A stretch of 64,000 nt of DNA, taken from assembly GCA_002633005.1 (NCBI GenBank), contig NMRA01000037.1, positions 385,302 through 449,301 of the forward strand. Reading direction: 5' to 3'. The notes under the pieces were generated by a model. The model ran no database searches. It had not been told where the DNA came from and was given only the letters and a program-made list of their open reading frames with translations. The translations under genes were made by a program, and so were the position numbers. Numbering within the stretch: the first letter of the stretch is position 1; every line of letters begins with the position of its first letter. Of this stretch, positions 13,366-25,826 are shown in pieces. This stretch comes from Phoronis australis. Its lineage: Eukaryota > Animalia > Phoronida.

Positions 13366-15697
13366 GCCGGATACGCGGGTTTGGCGTGTGAAATATTTGG
13401 CAGGCACCGAAGTCCCAGCATTTAGAGCAGTAGCAGTGCAAAGCTGGGATGATTGGCTTGAAGGCACTGTTCGGACATTCCGATTGGTTGGAAGTTGAGA
13501 TTGCTTTTGAGATCTGCGGCTGCTGCATTCGCTGATGCACTGCATGGAAGTTCGTTTACTGTGACTCACTCAAGTAACAATGCATCAACTAAAACGACAA
13601 CTAGAAAGCGATTCAATACTTTCCGGCTCAATCCCGAGCTTTTGTAGATCTAAAGCATTACTATAGCTTGCCCTTGTGGCCTTGTGAAAGGACGGTGATC
13701 GACACGCCGAAATCAGTGTGTGGCCGTATCAGAGCGCACGCCTTGATTTAGACACTTTGTCGTAAACGTGTACACGGGAATGAGCCGGAGAACTATGCAG
13801 TGAATCGTTTTGTTGTTCTGATTGACGCCTCGTTATCTTGAGTGCGTCATACACACGCACACACTAGTTGGTGTGGCATGCATCTATTTAGTCTGCTCTT
13901 GTAGTTCTGCAGCTGCCGTACTCCACGAAGGCAATTCTTTAAGTAGACTAACCCTAAGCAGGGATCGAAATCCACACAGTGAAAGTGTAAAATTAAGTCA
14001 TGTGATGTGTACGGAACCTCGTGAAAGAACAACAGTTGATTGTAGAATCGGCGAAAAAAAGAAACTGGCCAATAAGTGACGCAAAATTGCATGGGGCCGA
14101 AAGCCGACACAGAAGATCGCTCCACAACTTTAGCAGCAGAATAACGGTAGAACGCCAATTTTTCTAAAACCAGAAAATAATTTTACTTACTCAAAAAAGT
14201 GTGTAGTTGTTAATGACACTAATTTTGTGTCATGTTTTATCTGGGCATTTTTTACCCACATCGGCGCAAAGCAGTATATTTAGTATACAGCTTTGTACCG
14301 AAGCTAAGTGGTATTTTGACGATAGTCTTCATATTGGTAACTGGCTGGCTAGGTACCACTGCGTGTTGAGCTCCGTTAGACTCCGAAATTTCACGCAGCC
14401 CGGGTAGTTCTGCTCGCCACCTTGTCGTGTAACTTATATCAACATGTAAAGCTAACGACTGGGGGGGAGGGGGCGGGGTGGCGGGGTGCATGCAAAATCT
14501 GGGAGTCAACCGACACTCACCTTACCTGTTACAACTGAACGGTTGTCGAAGAAAATAGCTTTTGATTTAAATCACCACGATACAATCTGTCTCATTTTAT
14601 TCTTCACACACAGATGAGAAAAGATTTTCTCACGTGACCTGGAATACGTTACGACACGACTGCTTAATAACGCCGACTATACATGCATTTTTGATATTAC
14701 ATGAGCGAATGACAAAGTAGTGCAAAGTAGAAATCCATACGCCATACATTTTATCGCCTGCAAAACACCAATACCAACAACCAAACAATACCGGAATTCG
14801 TGAAGGTGACAAAGTTATGATTGATAAATTGGGTGTCGCAACTGCACGTGCTCCCAGTCGGAAGGACATGCAAACAGCTTCTTAAAGGGACCCATCTTCA
14901 ACGGCGAACTCTATATCCACGTTCATGCAAAAACGGAAACGAACCTCAACGCAAGAAACTACGCGGCGGACTGTCTAGCTGTGCAGTTTCAAGGCCAGTT
15001 CAATGCTCACACGCGAGGAAGCCCTGGTGATTGTGTTATTTATAAGGATTTGTGAAGTTTTAATATTACAACTTAAAAGAGTATTTATTGCATTCTAACT
15101 TGAACATTTGTTACAAAACCTAAATGCAATTTACAATTGTTAAGTTTAAAATAAGACTATTACCAAAAAGTATCTGACTACTTTACATTGCACAATCGTG
15201 TCTTTACAAAAGTTGCGCCATGCGGTTGGAAGTTTAAGACAGGTCGAGTTTTTCGGCAAAAAATCGTTTTTACGGTTCATGTGAGAAAACAAATCCTGCA
15301 CTCGTCTCAGATTGATGACATGGGCAAAAAACTGTTACAAGTTCCATCAAAAGCCTCGAGATTTTGACGAAATTTCCAAGAGGTTTCGCCCATGTCATAA
15401 ACGAGTGTAGGATTATCTATTTTCGATGTGACAGGTGGTTATTCCGTTATCAAGACCGAGCACGATGCTGGGCGAATAAAAGGACAGGCCAACTTGTAGC
15501 GCCTGGTCTCAAACAGTAATAAATCATCCGCTCTTTTGAAGCCCTGGTCTATCACGTCCGATTTGACTGAGGAGCAACTTGGGACCAATTTCATAACGGT
15601 AGAAAGACTTAACCAAATGTTGAACATTTTTGTGTCGGAAGTCGCTGTATAACCCAGCCGGTTTAATAGATGACGCATTATACATGTGCATTTCAGG

Positions 15698-15928
15698 CAT
15701 GCGCACACCCAGGGGTGAGGGCTCGAACGAGCCCCCCATTTGGCGAAGTGGGCAAAAAAGTCCGCCACAGAGAAAACGAAACAAAAGTCCGCAGAAATTC
15801 GGCGCGAAGGCACAATTCATAGGTCTGAACATAGTACCCCGTTTTTTTAGTTCCCATATTTTTTTCAGTAAAAGGTCCATATACTGAAAAATTTGAGCCC
15901 CCCATATTTTAGGCTGGGTGCGCGCATG
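15698..15928 (+). mobile_element. MITE family A (TIR CATGCGCGCACCCAG)
   Basis: TIRs at both ends; conserved interior (ggcgaagtgggcaaaaa, aaaaggtccac) shared with five other copies. Confidence 0.8.
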
Positions 15929-17709
15929 TTCCTCAACACCAACCAACGGGAATGTGAGAATAGTCATCCAATAGTAATGTCTGAATGTTATTCCGTTCAT
16001 CAACAAGCCATACACGATGTTTCCAACGCCGTGCTACCCCTAGTAGGACAGCGACTGCGTGACACCCATTCCAAAACTTGTAACCCATCGCGGATCCATT
16101 ACACAGAAATGTTTTTTACTTTTATGAATTCTACTCACCACAGACATACGATTGATTGTAAGCCTACTACCTCACCACACCTTCCCTCATGAGTGACATT
16201 ACGCTCATTGCAAAAGAGATAAATTTAAGTTAGTTGATCGATGGCCACGCTCCAGTTCACGAAGTAGTGCATTACGTCTTTCCTTTTCCCACATTCACCC
16301 CCCGCTTAAAAATAGAATCAAATGAACCCTTCCCAACCTAGAAGTCTGCCGGAAATCCTAGCTGAATCTACAAATACTTAAGATGACGTCTGAAAGTCGA
16401 TTAAAAGGACTTTAAAAACAAAATGTGTGAATTTTTGTGGTGCTTAAAAATGTAGACAGGAAGGGTAGCTGATTGTTTTTCGAGCTATAAGGTTACACAG
16501 ACGGGAAGCGGTAACTGCTGTCTGGCGTAGGCCTGGTAGCTAAGCTCATACTAACACTATGTAGTTATCAGAACACCACAGTTCACCTTACAGAGTGAGA
16601 TTCAGCTAAAAAATGCAAATTTTTCAAAAATTTCCACTTCAATCATGCCACACTGAACAGGTTTGCAATCACACGGTAAACTTTGAGTATTGGCTGAGTT
16701 TAGCATTTTGGGACGTGGGCCACATCAGTAGCATTGTCTTGCTAGAGTTGAAAAAAATGAAACGAGGAGAAATTTGATCGATACGCGGAACGCCCAACGC
16801 AAACAATCATCTAGTCACAATCGCTTTATTTTAACGTCGTGCTCGAGTGATCTAAAATATTTGGCAATGATTGACTAGACCTAACCCGGCAAAAACGACA
16901 GGATGTGCCTACAACAAATCCAATTTCGGGCGATTCCGCAGTGTTGTTCTGAACTTGGCCTGGGAATTGTGGTGATCGCCAGTATTTATGCATGGTGCTT
17001 AAGGATGTTGAGTTTTGCGGACAACTTGCATGAGATACAAGGTTTGAAAACTAATGTTGCACCGTAAATACACAACAAATACACAATCTATTCCTTTACC
17101 ACGTGGTCCTTTTTACCGATACTTGAATACACTTTAACGGCGTGTTGTTGGGAATCCGGTTAAATGGAATTCAGTTATTCAGAAATACAACGAAAAACCC
17201 TCTTTCGTAAAGGTTGTCCTCGGTTGTAGAGGACACGCTAATTCCAATAAAATTTCTTTGAATAAAAAACACTTTGGGGGTAAAGTTTTTAGCATATCAA
17301 ACCAAAATAACATAGAAAACTGTTAAAGTGGAATTCTTAATTCATGAAGTGAACCTTATGAAGGAACAGGAAAAGCATCCTCTCGCCATAAAATAGAAAA
17401 CACCCATATGAGCGGCACTTCCCAAAATATAGGTCCGTACTACGTGAGCGCTTCTGGTTTTTATATCCGTGGTTCACCAAATGAGGTGCACGCCTACGGC
17501 TCAATTAAAACGTTTAGAGGGGAATAAGATCTTATTTAAACCACTTCACAGAACTGGTAACGAAACACCCTGGCGTGGCGTGCGTTTAGTTGAGACGAAG
17601 ATGCAAGAACACACAAGACTTCGGCAGACATCACACGCCTATTTCAAGGAAAGTACGTGATCACACTAGCGTCCTTAGGGAGATTCTTTGCATTAAAGAA
17701 ACTCCACAC

Positions 17710-18025
17710 TACAATACCTTTTACACCGTAACACTCTTCAACGAGTCCTATATGCGTGTTACAGTGCGCTCCAGGATCAAGTCAATGTTAACTCTTGTTG
17801 CTAAGATTTTTTGCTTATATTCAGCTTCGAGACTAGCGGCAATCTGAATTTCGCGCCGAATTTACAAAATGGCAGCCTCAGATGAAAGTACCGCTATCCC
17901 AGAACTTTTAGGTCTCGCGACTTCACACTTGTTCTCGTTGCTCAAAGAAAATGCCGTCTCATTGTGGTCACTGTAACACGCATGTAGGATTCGTGAAGAG
18001 CGTTACGGTGTATAACGTATTTTAG
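17710..18025. repeat. Inverted repeat pair (about 55-bp arms), probable MITE
   Basis: acaccgtaacactcttcaacgagtcctatatgcgtgttacagtg is mirrored at 17969-18025. Confidence 0.65.
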
Positions 18026-18843
18026 TAATATATCACACTGAGATGGAAGCATATAACGGCTTGCATTTAATAGACTCTTGAATGGTGTTGCAGGTTTAGG
18101 AACGGGTGCGTGGAATTTTATTCTAGTATATCTCCCTTCGTTTGCGCTCTTCACCACTGTAAGTAAAATGATGTAAGACTTGCTGGGCAAAACTTCTCGG
18201 GTAGATATCATGTACGCGACACAAATCATATTGTTTGTAAAGTGACAAAAATATTTTTAAATTGTGGAAAGTGATATTTTGCCACAACACTACTTTCGCG
18301 TCGCTCGTCCAACTTATGCATAAAATACATTTAATGAAATATTTTAGCCACCTACCGACCGAATCATGTCAGAGGGCTGGGGGCAAAGTGAAGGAAACAG
18401 CAATTTTAGGACAGCCTATCTAGTTGCAGGATCTTTGGTCCCAATCAATGTGGTATAAGTAAATTCTAATATGACAACTTACATGCATTTATCCGCAGGT
18501 CCACCGTAAAATCCCATATATCAAGTCGATGCACTTATAGGCAAAACAATGCACTTCCGGTGAAAATTAAAATTGCAACCTTTCCGAGTATAAACCCGTC
18601 ATGGGGTATGTTGACCGAATTCCAGTTGGGCATGAAAAGGTAACCAATTTTCTTTGGTGCCACAGTGCTCTATGGGCATCCTCATGCTTGGAAATGACCA
18701 CCTGGCAGGTTCACTTTGGTGGGTGTGGTCAGGGGATCCAAGAGAATGGTACTCAAAAATTGAGCTTGATCATCTTTTCTGGTAACCACTTCAAACTACA
18801 TTCGATACCTCCTACGTAATCCACTATATCAAAATTGGTCATT

Positions 18844-19440
18844 GCCAGACAATTTCAGTGGTGGGGAGTATCAGCCAGACGGTTAAGGTGAAAAAAAAGA
18901 TCTAGATCAATCCAAGAGGTAACCGCATGAAACCGTGAGCCCACATATCACTGTCAGACAAATCTAGTGGTGGGTTAGCCCCGCCAGACACGCCCACATA
19001 CCCGAGTTGAGCTAGATCAACCCACCAGGTAACCGTTTGAAACCAATTGCACGATGTCCAGCATCACTGTACATGGCACAACAGTAAGATGCCAGACAAT
19101 TTCAATGGTGGGGTGCCCTTGCCAGACGATTATCAAAAAGGGTTAAAAATTGACCTAGATGAACCCAAGATGTAACTGATTGAAACCAGTTGCAAAATAT
19201 TCACCGTAAGTCCAGGTATCACGAATAAACCCTGCCACACAAATTTAGTGGTGGGTTGGCCCCGCCAGACACGCCCAAATACCTGAGTTGAGATAGATCA
19301 ACCCACTAGGTAACCGTTTGAAACCAACTGCACGACAAGTGTAGTGGTGGCCGGATTAGCCCCACCACAAACGATCAAATATCTGAGTTGGGCCAGCTTT
19401 ATCCGCCAAGCAACCGTTTGAAACCATCTGCATAATGTCG
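18844..19440 (+). repeat. Diverged tandem array of about 110-140 bp units (gccagacaa..tagtggtggg...gagctagatcaacccac..gtaaccgtttgaaacc); further copy at 23391-23570
   Basis: At least four related units, plus inverted fragments at about 18690-18800. Confidence 0.7.
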
Positions 19441-20398
19441 AGCAACATTCTGCATGCAACAAAAAGGTACTTTACAGACATTTTCAGCGGTGGTGCAGTA
19501 GCATGAAGAGGGTTTGGTCGATGCTGGGGCGTCTTTTTATTGGACGCCCCTATCTCTCTACTCAAATGCATATATCCTATTAGAGCCCGTAGCCAGCACT
19601 GAGAGGGGGGTGGTTCGAATTTCAAGAACGGTGGACCTTTAGTATTTTGCAAACGCAGACATTGTAGAACTTTCGGTATGACCTTTGACGCAGCTCAATT
19701 AGGGGGAAGGAAATCTGTATGCACAACGATGACTCTCAGCTCTATGTTCAATAGATGAGAAGGAATTTGTAATAGCAGAAACGAGGATGCTGTGACGGTT
19801 GCTCGCAAAGAACGGGACACAAATTCGGATGCAATGTGGGCCAGAAAGAGAACGTTCTCGTGTTATCTCGACCAACCAAAGTTTCAAATCAGCCATGCTT
19901 TTAAAGTTTAGTAGGCGAATGGCTTGACAAAATTGTTTATCTGTTTGTATTTTAGCGTGTTACTTAATGGGTCTACTAGTTAGTCCGTTTTTCGTTTTGA
20001 GAACCACAGAACGCACATGTCCATCGTTACCGCGATTGAGTTTTTTCACTTTTCCCATAATCCACAAGACACGTGGGGTATTTGTCGTCGCTGATAAGAA
20101 CGATGTCACCACAACTTATGTTCATGGATTGGCAACTAGATTTGAGGTTGTGATACGCGCGCAGAGATACACTGACTGAGAGTGAAAAGTTGCTAAACAA
20201 TTTCGCTCCAACTACTGGCGGATCTTGGACGTCGTAAGGGGAGGACAATCTTTTTCGAAAGAAAACTGTCTGTTGGCATGGCAACTAGTAACAGCCTTCC
20301 AGTAGCGATTTTTGGTCGTGTCCCGGAAGGGAAGGAATGCCGATTTCCCTGGGTCTTCTGTGGTGAGGTTGTTGTATGATTCATTGAAACTGCTATAA

Positions 20399-20533
20399 CA
20401 TGGGCTGCGCAGCACTGAAAAAAGTGGGGGCTATAGCCCCCCCCCCTGTGTTACATCGCCCATAGACCATGGGCAGCCCAGCATCGAAAAAAGTGGGGCT
20501 ATAGCCCCCGCCCCCTATGGTACGCCGCCCATT
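20399..20533 (+). mobile_element. Tandem pair of about 66-bp mini-MITEs (CATGGGC...GCCCAT) with 5-bp TSD TATAA
   Basis: Two similar units (20399-20464, 20468-20533); tataa flanks the pair. Confidence 0.65.
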
Positions 20534-20956
20534 TATAAACATGCCTTCCGTGACGGAGAACAAATTTTAATTTAGCTCACTTACCGTTATATAGTGAAAG
20601 TGACCTTAAATTGTTCTTAAGTCAAAATAGCTGCTATTTCGGTGCTTGATAATAACAAACAGTTAGTGTTTGAGGTTAAGCTATAAATGCTGGCTTGTCA
20701 TTGCTAACCTGGTCTCGAGCACTGGCGAACTGTCAGTTTGCGAGACCAAAATCACATCTCACCTGAGCAAGGACGCGGAAAACGCGAGTTTTTTGCCGCT
20801 ATTCATAATAAAACGGAATGAAATTCCTAATTGCTGTGGTTATTTCTCTATGACGTCAATTCTCAAACCATAGATAAAACAACGCATTCACTTCCATGTA
20901 AAGTATGAGAATAACGGACTGGGTAAGTCCTACTATTGGATAAACGGAGTGGTCAG

Positions 20957-21178
20957 GACCTCGTTCCAAGAAAACTGACTTAGTTAAGGCAAATCTTAAA
21001 TTCCAGTCAATTTTAAGATGAACTTAATTTAGTCTCAAGAAAGAGATCTTTTGAGACCAAACATAAGTCAAGCTTAAAAGTTTGACTTTAAAATTTTGTC
21101 TTATCTTACCGGATGCGAAAATTTCAAAGTTTGGAAGTTGAGACAAATGAACTTAAGTCAGTTTCTTGGAACGGGCTC
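20957..21178. mobile_element. PIF/Harbinger-like MITE
   Basis: TIRs gacctcgttccaagaaaactgactta / taagtcagtttcttggaacgggctc; CAG on both sides. Confidence 0.7.
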
Positions 21179-21359
21179 CAGGTTTTGAAACTAACTTTTT
21201 ACGAAGTCGGCCATGGCAATTCATGTCAATACATGATCGCAAATACATATTGGTCTCCAATATTAGGTCAACTTTACGTGGATTGACAATTTATTTCCGC
21301 GAGTGCTCATCGCGACAACAAGTCTGCATTTTGTTGCCGTGACGGGTTTTGTAACCTGC

Positions 21360-21531
21360 AATTGACCTATCGCAAGCTCCGCCGCCTTGCGTAATGTCGT
21401 CTAACAAAGTTTTACTCGGCAACGTGTTGTTTGTTTGGTAAAATGGTGGCTTGGAAATGAAGGTGTGTCAATAAGGCTACGTTTTAAATGGTCAGTAAGC
21501 CGTCACTCAAAACCCTGGCGATAGGTCAATT
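21360..21531 (+). mobile_element. MITE family D
   Basis: aattgacctatcgc ... gcgataggtcaatt. Confidence 0.75.
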
Positions 21532-21702
21532 TCGTTGGTACCCGCGACAGAAGTAGACTCCACCGCGGGTACTAGAGTTCAGAAACAGACTTATAATAAT
21601 TTGATAAAGTGACTCGTCTGAGACCATCATTAGACATAGAATTATAGCTAAAAGACTGTCGTGCATCAATGAATTATAATACGACGATTATTGTATCAAA
21701 TG

Positions 21703-21954
21703 CATGCGTGCACCCAGGCGCGCTCGGGAGGCTCGAACGAGCCCTCATTTGGCGAAGTGGGCAAAAATGGTCCGCCGCAGAGAAACGAAAAAGTCCGAAA
21801 AAGTAGAAAACGAGACAAAAGTCCACTAATTAGAAGGCAGGAACTACCAAAATTCGTTGAATATACAATTCATAGCTCTGAATGTACCCCAATTAGTAAA
21901 AGGTCCACATTCTCAACAATTCGAGCCCCCATTTTTATGCTGGGTGCGCGCACG
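21703..21954 (+). mobile_element. MITE family A
   Basis: catgcgtgcacccag ... ctgggtgcgcgcacg. Confidence 0.8.
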
Positions 21955-22110
21955 ATGTGAACATTGCAATAAATTTATGTTGATGGTGTGACTACGTCAG
22001 ATACGCCATTTAACCACGGAAATGCATCAGCCAGCGTATACCAAACAACAAACCGAGTTCTGTTGGTATATGTATTAACCGTGTAATAAAAGCGTGAAAG
22101 TATCGAGACA

Positions 22111-22486
22111 TTCAGCCGAGGAAATAAAATACAGAAAAATTGAGTCAAATACTGTAATTGGCTTACTTGAGTTAGCGACGTGGCGTCCGTCACTCACGGA
22201 CTTCACGGTTTGGCTGGTGGTGTTATTATCGTACTGGCCAATAGATAGCGCTTTAACCAGACTTCGATGCCGCGTCGGCCAGAACGATAACGCCAAGCTG
22301 AAGCCAGTGACTCGCTGGTTCCCCGCGTGCTTAGCCCAGCCAGCTGGCGCGGCTACCGCCCCACCTAGCGGCACGCAGGGAACCAGCGAGAAGCCAGTGA
22401 GAGACGTACGCAACGTCGCTTACTCGAGTAAGCAAATTCCAGTATTTGACTCATTTTTTCTCTATTCTGTTACTTCATCTGAGAAT
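22111..22486. repeat. Foldback (long imperfect inverted repeat), probable MITE
   Basis: gagtcaaatactgtaattggcttacttgagttagcgacgt pairs with acgtcgcttactcgagtaagcaaattccagtatttgactc. Confidence 0.7.
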
Positions 22487-22834
22487 TCCAACCTCACTTC
22501 TTTGGTCGCCGTTAATTTTTTCACCGCGCACCATTACCACAAAGTATTTCAACTGACGTCACGTGAGTTAGGCAAGGACATGTGCGAGACCTGGCGCCTG
22601 ATATTTGCAAAAAATATCATGGGAAAATATCGATTGGAATTTGTAAGACTTGTGTCCCTTAGACTTGTTGTTCGTCAACAAGCGGGATTTCGCATAACTT
22701 CCGCAAAATGACAGCCAATGAGGAATGCTCTGGTGGAACCGCGACAGATATTCATGGATATGTTCAATTTATGTTGACTAAATTGCCTCCAGGGTCATCA
22801 TGGTATGTGTTCTTCATAACTCCATGTATATAAA

Positions 22835-23092
22835 CATGCGCGCACGCATGGGGGGGGGGGGCTCGGGGGGCTCAAACGACCCCCCATTTGGCGAAGTGGG
22901 CAAAAAACTCCGCCACAGAGAAACAAAAAGTCCCAGAAAACGAGACAAAGTCCACCAAAATGGTCCAGACGCACAGCTCACAGTTCTGAAGGTGGTACCC
23001 CGTTTTGTTTAGCCCTGTCGTCTTTTTTTCAGCAAAAGGTCCACATCGTCAGAAATTCGAGACCCCCATATTAAAGACTGGGTGCGCGCATG
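22835..23092 (+). mobile_element. MITE family A
   Basis: catgcgcgcac ... ctgggtgcgcgcatg. Confidence 0.8.
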
Positions 23093-23990
23093 ACAAGCGC
23101 ATGTTTCTTTCGATTTTATTTGCTGTCTTTTGAGATGATAACTTTTTGTGGAGGAGTATTATCGCCCATGTATGTCTGCGGCGTAATATAACGGTGTAAT
23201 TTCCTACGTCAAAGTCATCTAGTCGAGAATATGTATAGAACTAGAAAGGATAGCTGAAGAAAATGAGGTCTTTTTAAGAGACAATTTTAAGTGTAAAGTG
23301 TAATTTAACGACTAGGTGAAAACCAATTATTCGGTAACAGTATTTCCGCTACCGCCCGTTTACAATACACGGGTATCAAGAATAAATACTGCCAGACAAA
23401 TCTAGTGGTGTGCTATCCCCGCCAGACACGCCCAAGTACATGAGTTGAGCTAGATCAACCCACCATGTAACCGTTTGAAACCAATTGCCCGATGGTCAGC
23501 ATCACTGCACGTGGCACAATAGTAAGATGCCAAACAATTTCATCGGTGGGGTGCTCCCATCAGACAAATAAAGAATTGAAAAAAAAAATTGATTATAAGC
23601 CCATTCACGTTGAATAAGCATCACATTGAGGAACCATACACTTCGATTTCCAATAAAGCCAGTGAGTCCGTACGACATAGGTTACCACACAAGGTGAGAG
23701 ATTTTTGTCCGCAAGTTTACGTCAGGGCATGAAAACCAGAAACATAGCGCCTGAGGATGGAGCAACCTCACAAGTCTCTGCGAGAACAGCGGAATACTCC
23801 ATATGATTCACTACTAAAAAAAAACCTAAAACCTGTCCGAGACGGATAGCACACTGTGTTTGCACGAATTTCGATATTTTGTTTAATTCCTATTTTACCA
23901 GTCTGCCTGTAGTGCGTCCCTCTGTTTTCGGCAGTCATTTGATGCAACTGCTAAAACGAGGAAATTACATCATTTTTGGCAAAAGTACGA

Positions 23991-24162
23991 TTAGAAAACG
24001 GACAATCGCCACACGAATAAAAAAGTTCATGTTAACTCAACTTTTCGTCTATTGATAAAACACCATCAGGATATGTACAGCAGGACAACATGTCTTATGA
24101 ATAGACGAAACGTTGAGTTAACATGAACTTTTTTATTTGTGCGGCGATTGTCCGTTTTCTAA
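23991..24162. repeat. Foldback hairpin of about 170 bp, probable MITE
   Basis: ttagaaaacggacaatcgcc...aaaaagttcatgttaactcaac mirrored by gttgagttaacatgaactttt...ggcgattgtccgttttctaa. Confidence 0.8.
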
Positions 24163-24229
24163 AACGAGGAATAATCAAAATGCCGTCCTTTTTGCTGTCG
24201 TCTGCGTTATGTATACGCGCCAACTACCT

Positions 24230-24560
24230 TCATTTCACACAGTGATTAGTGACAAATTTGGCAAAAATGATCACTTTTGGGACATCTACAACTTTCTCAT
24301 AAACCGAGCCCACATAGAACTCCAGAGATGCGCCAAGACCAATGACGTCAGTTGCTATATTAACATTTTTCCGACAATGCTAGATGTATTCTTTGCCATG
24401 AACCGCCCTAACTACGCCAGATGGGGAACACTGTTTTACCGAAAGTTGAATTTCGCAGACCCAATCACGTGAAGTGCTGGAAAACGGTGCGTTCTCAGTG
24501 CGACGCACGAGGAAGAACTTCAGTAGATCGGTTGTTGACCTCTCTTTGGAACAGTCCGTA
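24230..24560 (+). pseudogene. Frameshifted DNA-transposase relic (possibly Academ-like)
   Basis: MLDVFFAMNRPNYARWG, then in another frame EVLENGAFSVRRTRKNFSRSVVDLSLEQSV. I recall this NYARW...F.VRRT...FS...D..LEQ motif pair from invertebrate transposase-derived proteins; the superfamily assignment is uncertain. Confidence 0.6.
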
Positions 24561-25555
24561 TTTTTATGTTTGATATGGTGTTCTGCAAAAAGGCTGAAAA
24601 ACACCTCGGCGGCACCTGACATTGGGTTCGTATGGTCGTGTTAGATTGCGGGGAAAATATCAAAGCTGTAACGTAGATGAAATATTCTGTTCATGTTGCG
24701 AACTTGTTATTCGCAATTCGTGGGAATCAACGAGTCCTGATAGTTGTTCAGTTTAGATAGATTGACAATCATTTCATTTGCACGTTACAGATATGCGGGC
24801 AATGGAACTGATTAGTTTTTTATCTTCATAGTGAATATAAAACACGTTCAAATTTATGATTCATAGATGTTGTCTATGGTGCTCAGTCATCGTGGCGACC
24901 GCCCCGGGCATCCACGCTGAGGAGGGGGTATCCAACCACTATGTTGTATAATCTTTTTGGAAATAGTGACTGAATTGCAGTTGAATTAAATAAAGATTCT
25001 AGTTTATGTATCATCTTTTTACTTTTATCATTAATTTTACTTTTATCATTAATAGTACGGGCACGTAGCCAGGAGGGTTCGGGGGATTCGATCGAACTCC
25101 TCTCCCGCTCAAAAGGTCCAGTCCGGCGACCATATTCGTTGAAGATAGGATATAAATGGACAACAACAACAAAATTGTTGCAGCTACTGGTGCTACTAAC
25201 TACAATGATAACTGAATTAGTAATAATTTTGAATTTGCTTCAGATTCAAAGCGCTTCACGTGGCATCGGGCCGTACTCGGCCAACTTTGCCCGAGTGCCG
25301 CTGTTTGTGTAGATGACAGAATCGTGCATACGATAAAAGGAGGCTTTATGTTATTCATAGGCCACGCGCGTCGTGGCTACACCAAAGGCTAACAAGGGCA
25401 GTCTAGAAGTGAATATCTATACCTAAGCATAAAAGTCCTAGCCCTACGACCTAAGTAAGCTACATGTATATAGAACGAAAGAGCTCCCAAAAAGTAGTGC
25501 GGTGTGAATGCCTTAAACTCGACCAAGAAACAAAACAGCAAAAATTTGAGATCTG

Positions 25556-25826
25556 ACGTGCGTTCAGTAGACGCTAGGACCTACGCTAGGACCTACGCTA
25601 GGACCTACGCTAGGACCTACGCTAGGACCTACGCTAGGACCTACGCTAGGACCTACGCTAGGACCTACGCTAGGACCTACGCTAGGACCTACGCTAGGAC
25701 CTACGCTAGGACCTAGCTAAAACCTAGTCAAAGTCACGCGTTCTCATTTAAAATACACCGCAATATCTCACGTAATCTCGCGAAGTCTTGCTTTTTAGCG
25801 AGGTCCTAGCGTTACTGAACGGCAGG
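25556..25826 (+). mobile_element. PIF/Harbinger-like MITE, family C (other copies: 28804-28875 deleted, 35192-35343, 45394-45539 reverse)
   Basis: TIRs cgttcagtagacgctaggacct / aggtcctagcgttactgaacg; flanked by CTG on both sides. Confidence 0.8.
25571..25714 (+). repeat. 12-bp tandem repeat (ACGCTAGGACCT)x12 inside a MITE terminus
   Basis: Twelve perfect copies; source of the spurious (RTYA)n ORF. Confidence 0.97.

Noticed and set aside
15439-16192. Cluster of overlapping ORFs up to 163 aa
   Set aside because: They derive from a family A MITE; similar peptides recur at other copies of the repeat.
22094-22711. 205-aa ORF, the longest non-gap ORF
   Set aside because: It runs through a foldback repeat (22111-22486), starts at GTG and shows no recognisable domain.
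25504-25716. ORF with (RTYA)n repeats, or a CRISPR-like array
   Set aside because: It is the translation of a perfect 12-bp tandem repeat with no spacers inside a MITE; eukaryotic context and no cas genes.
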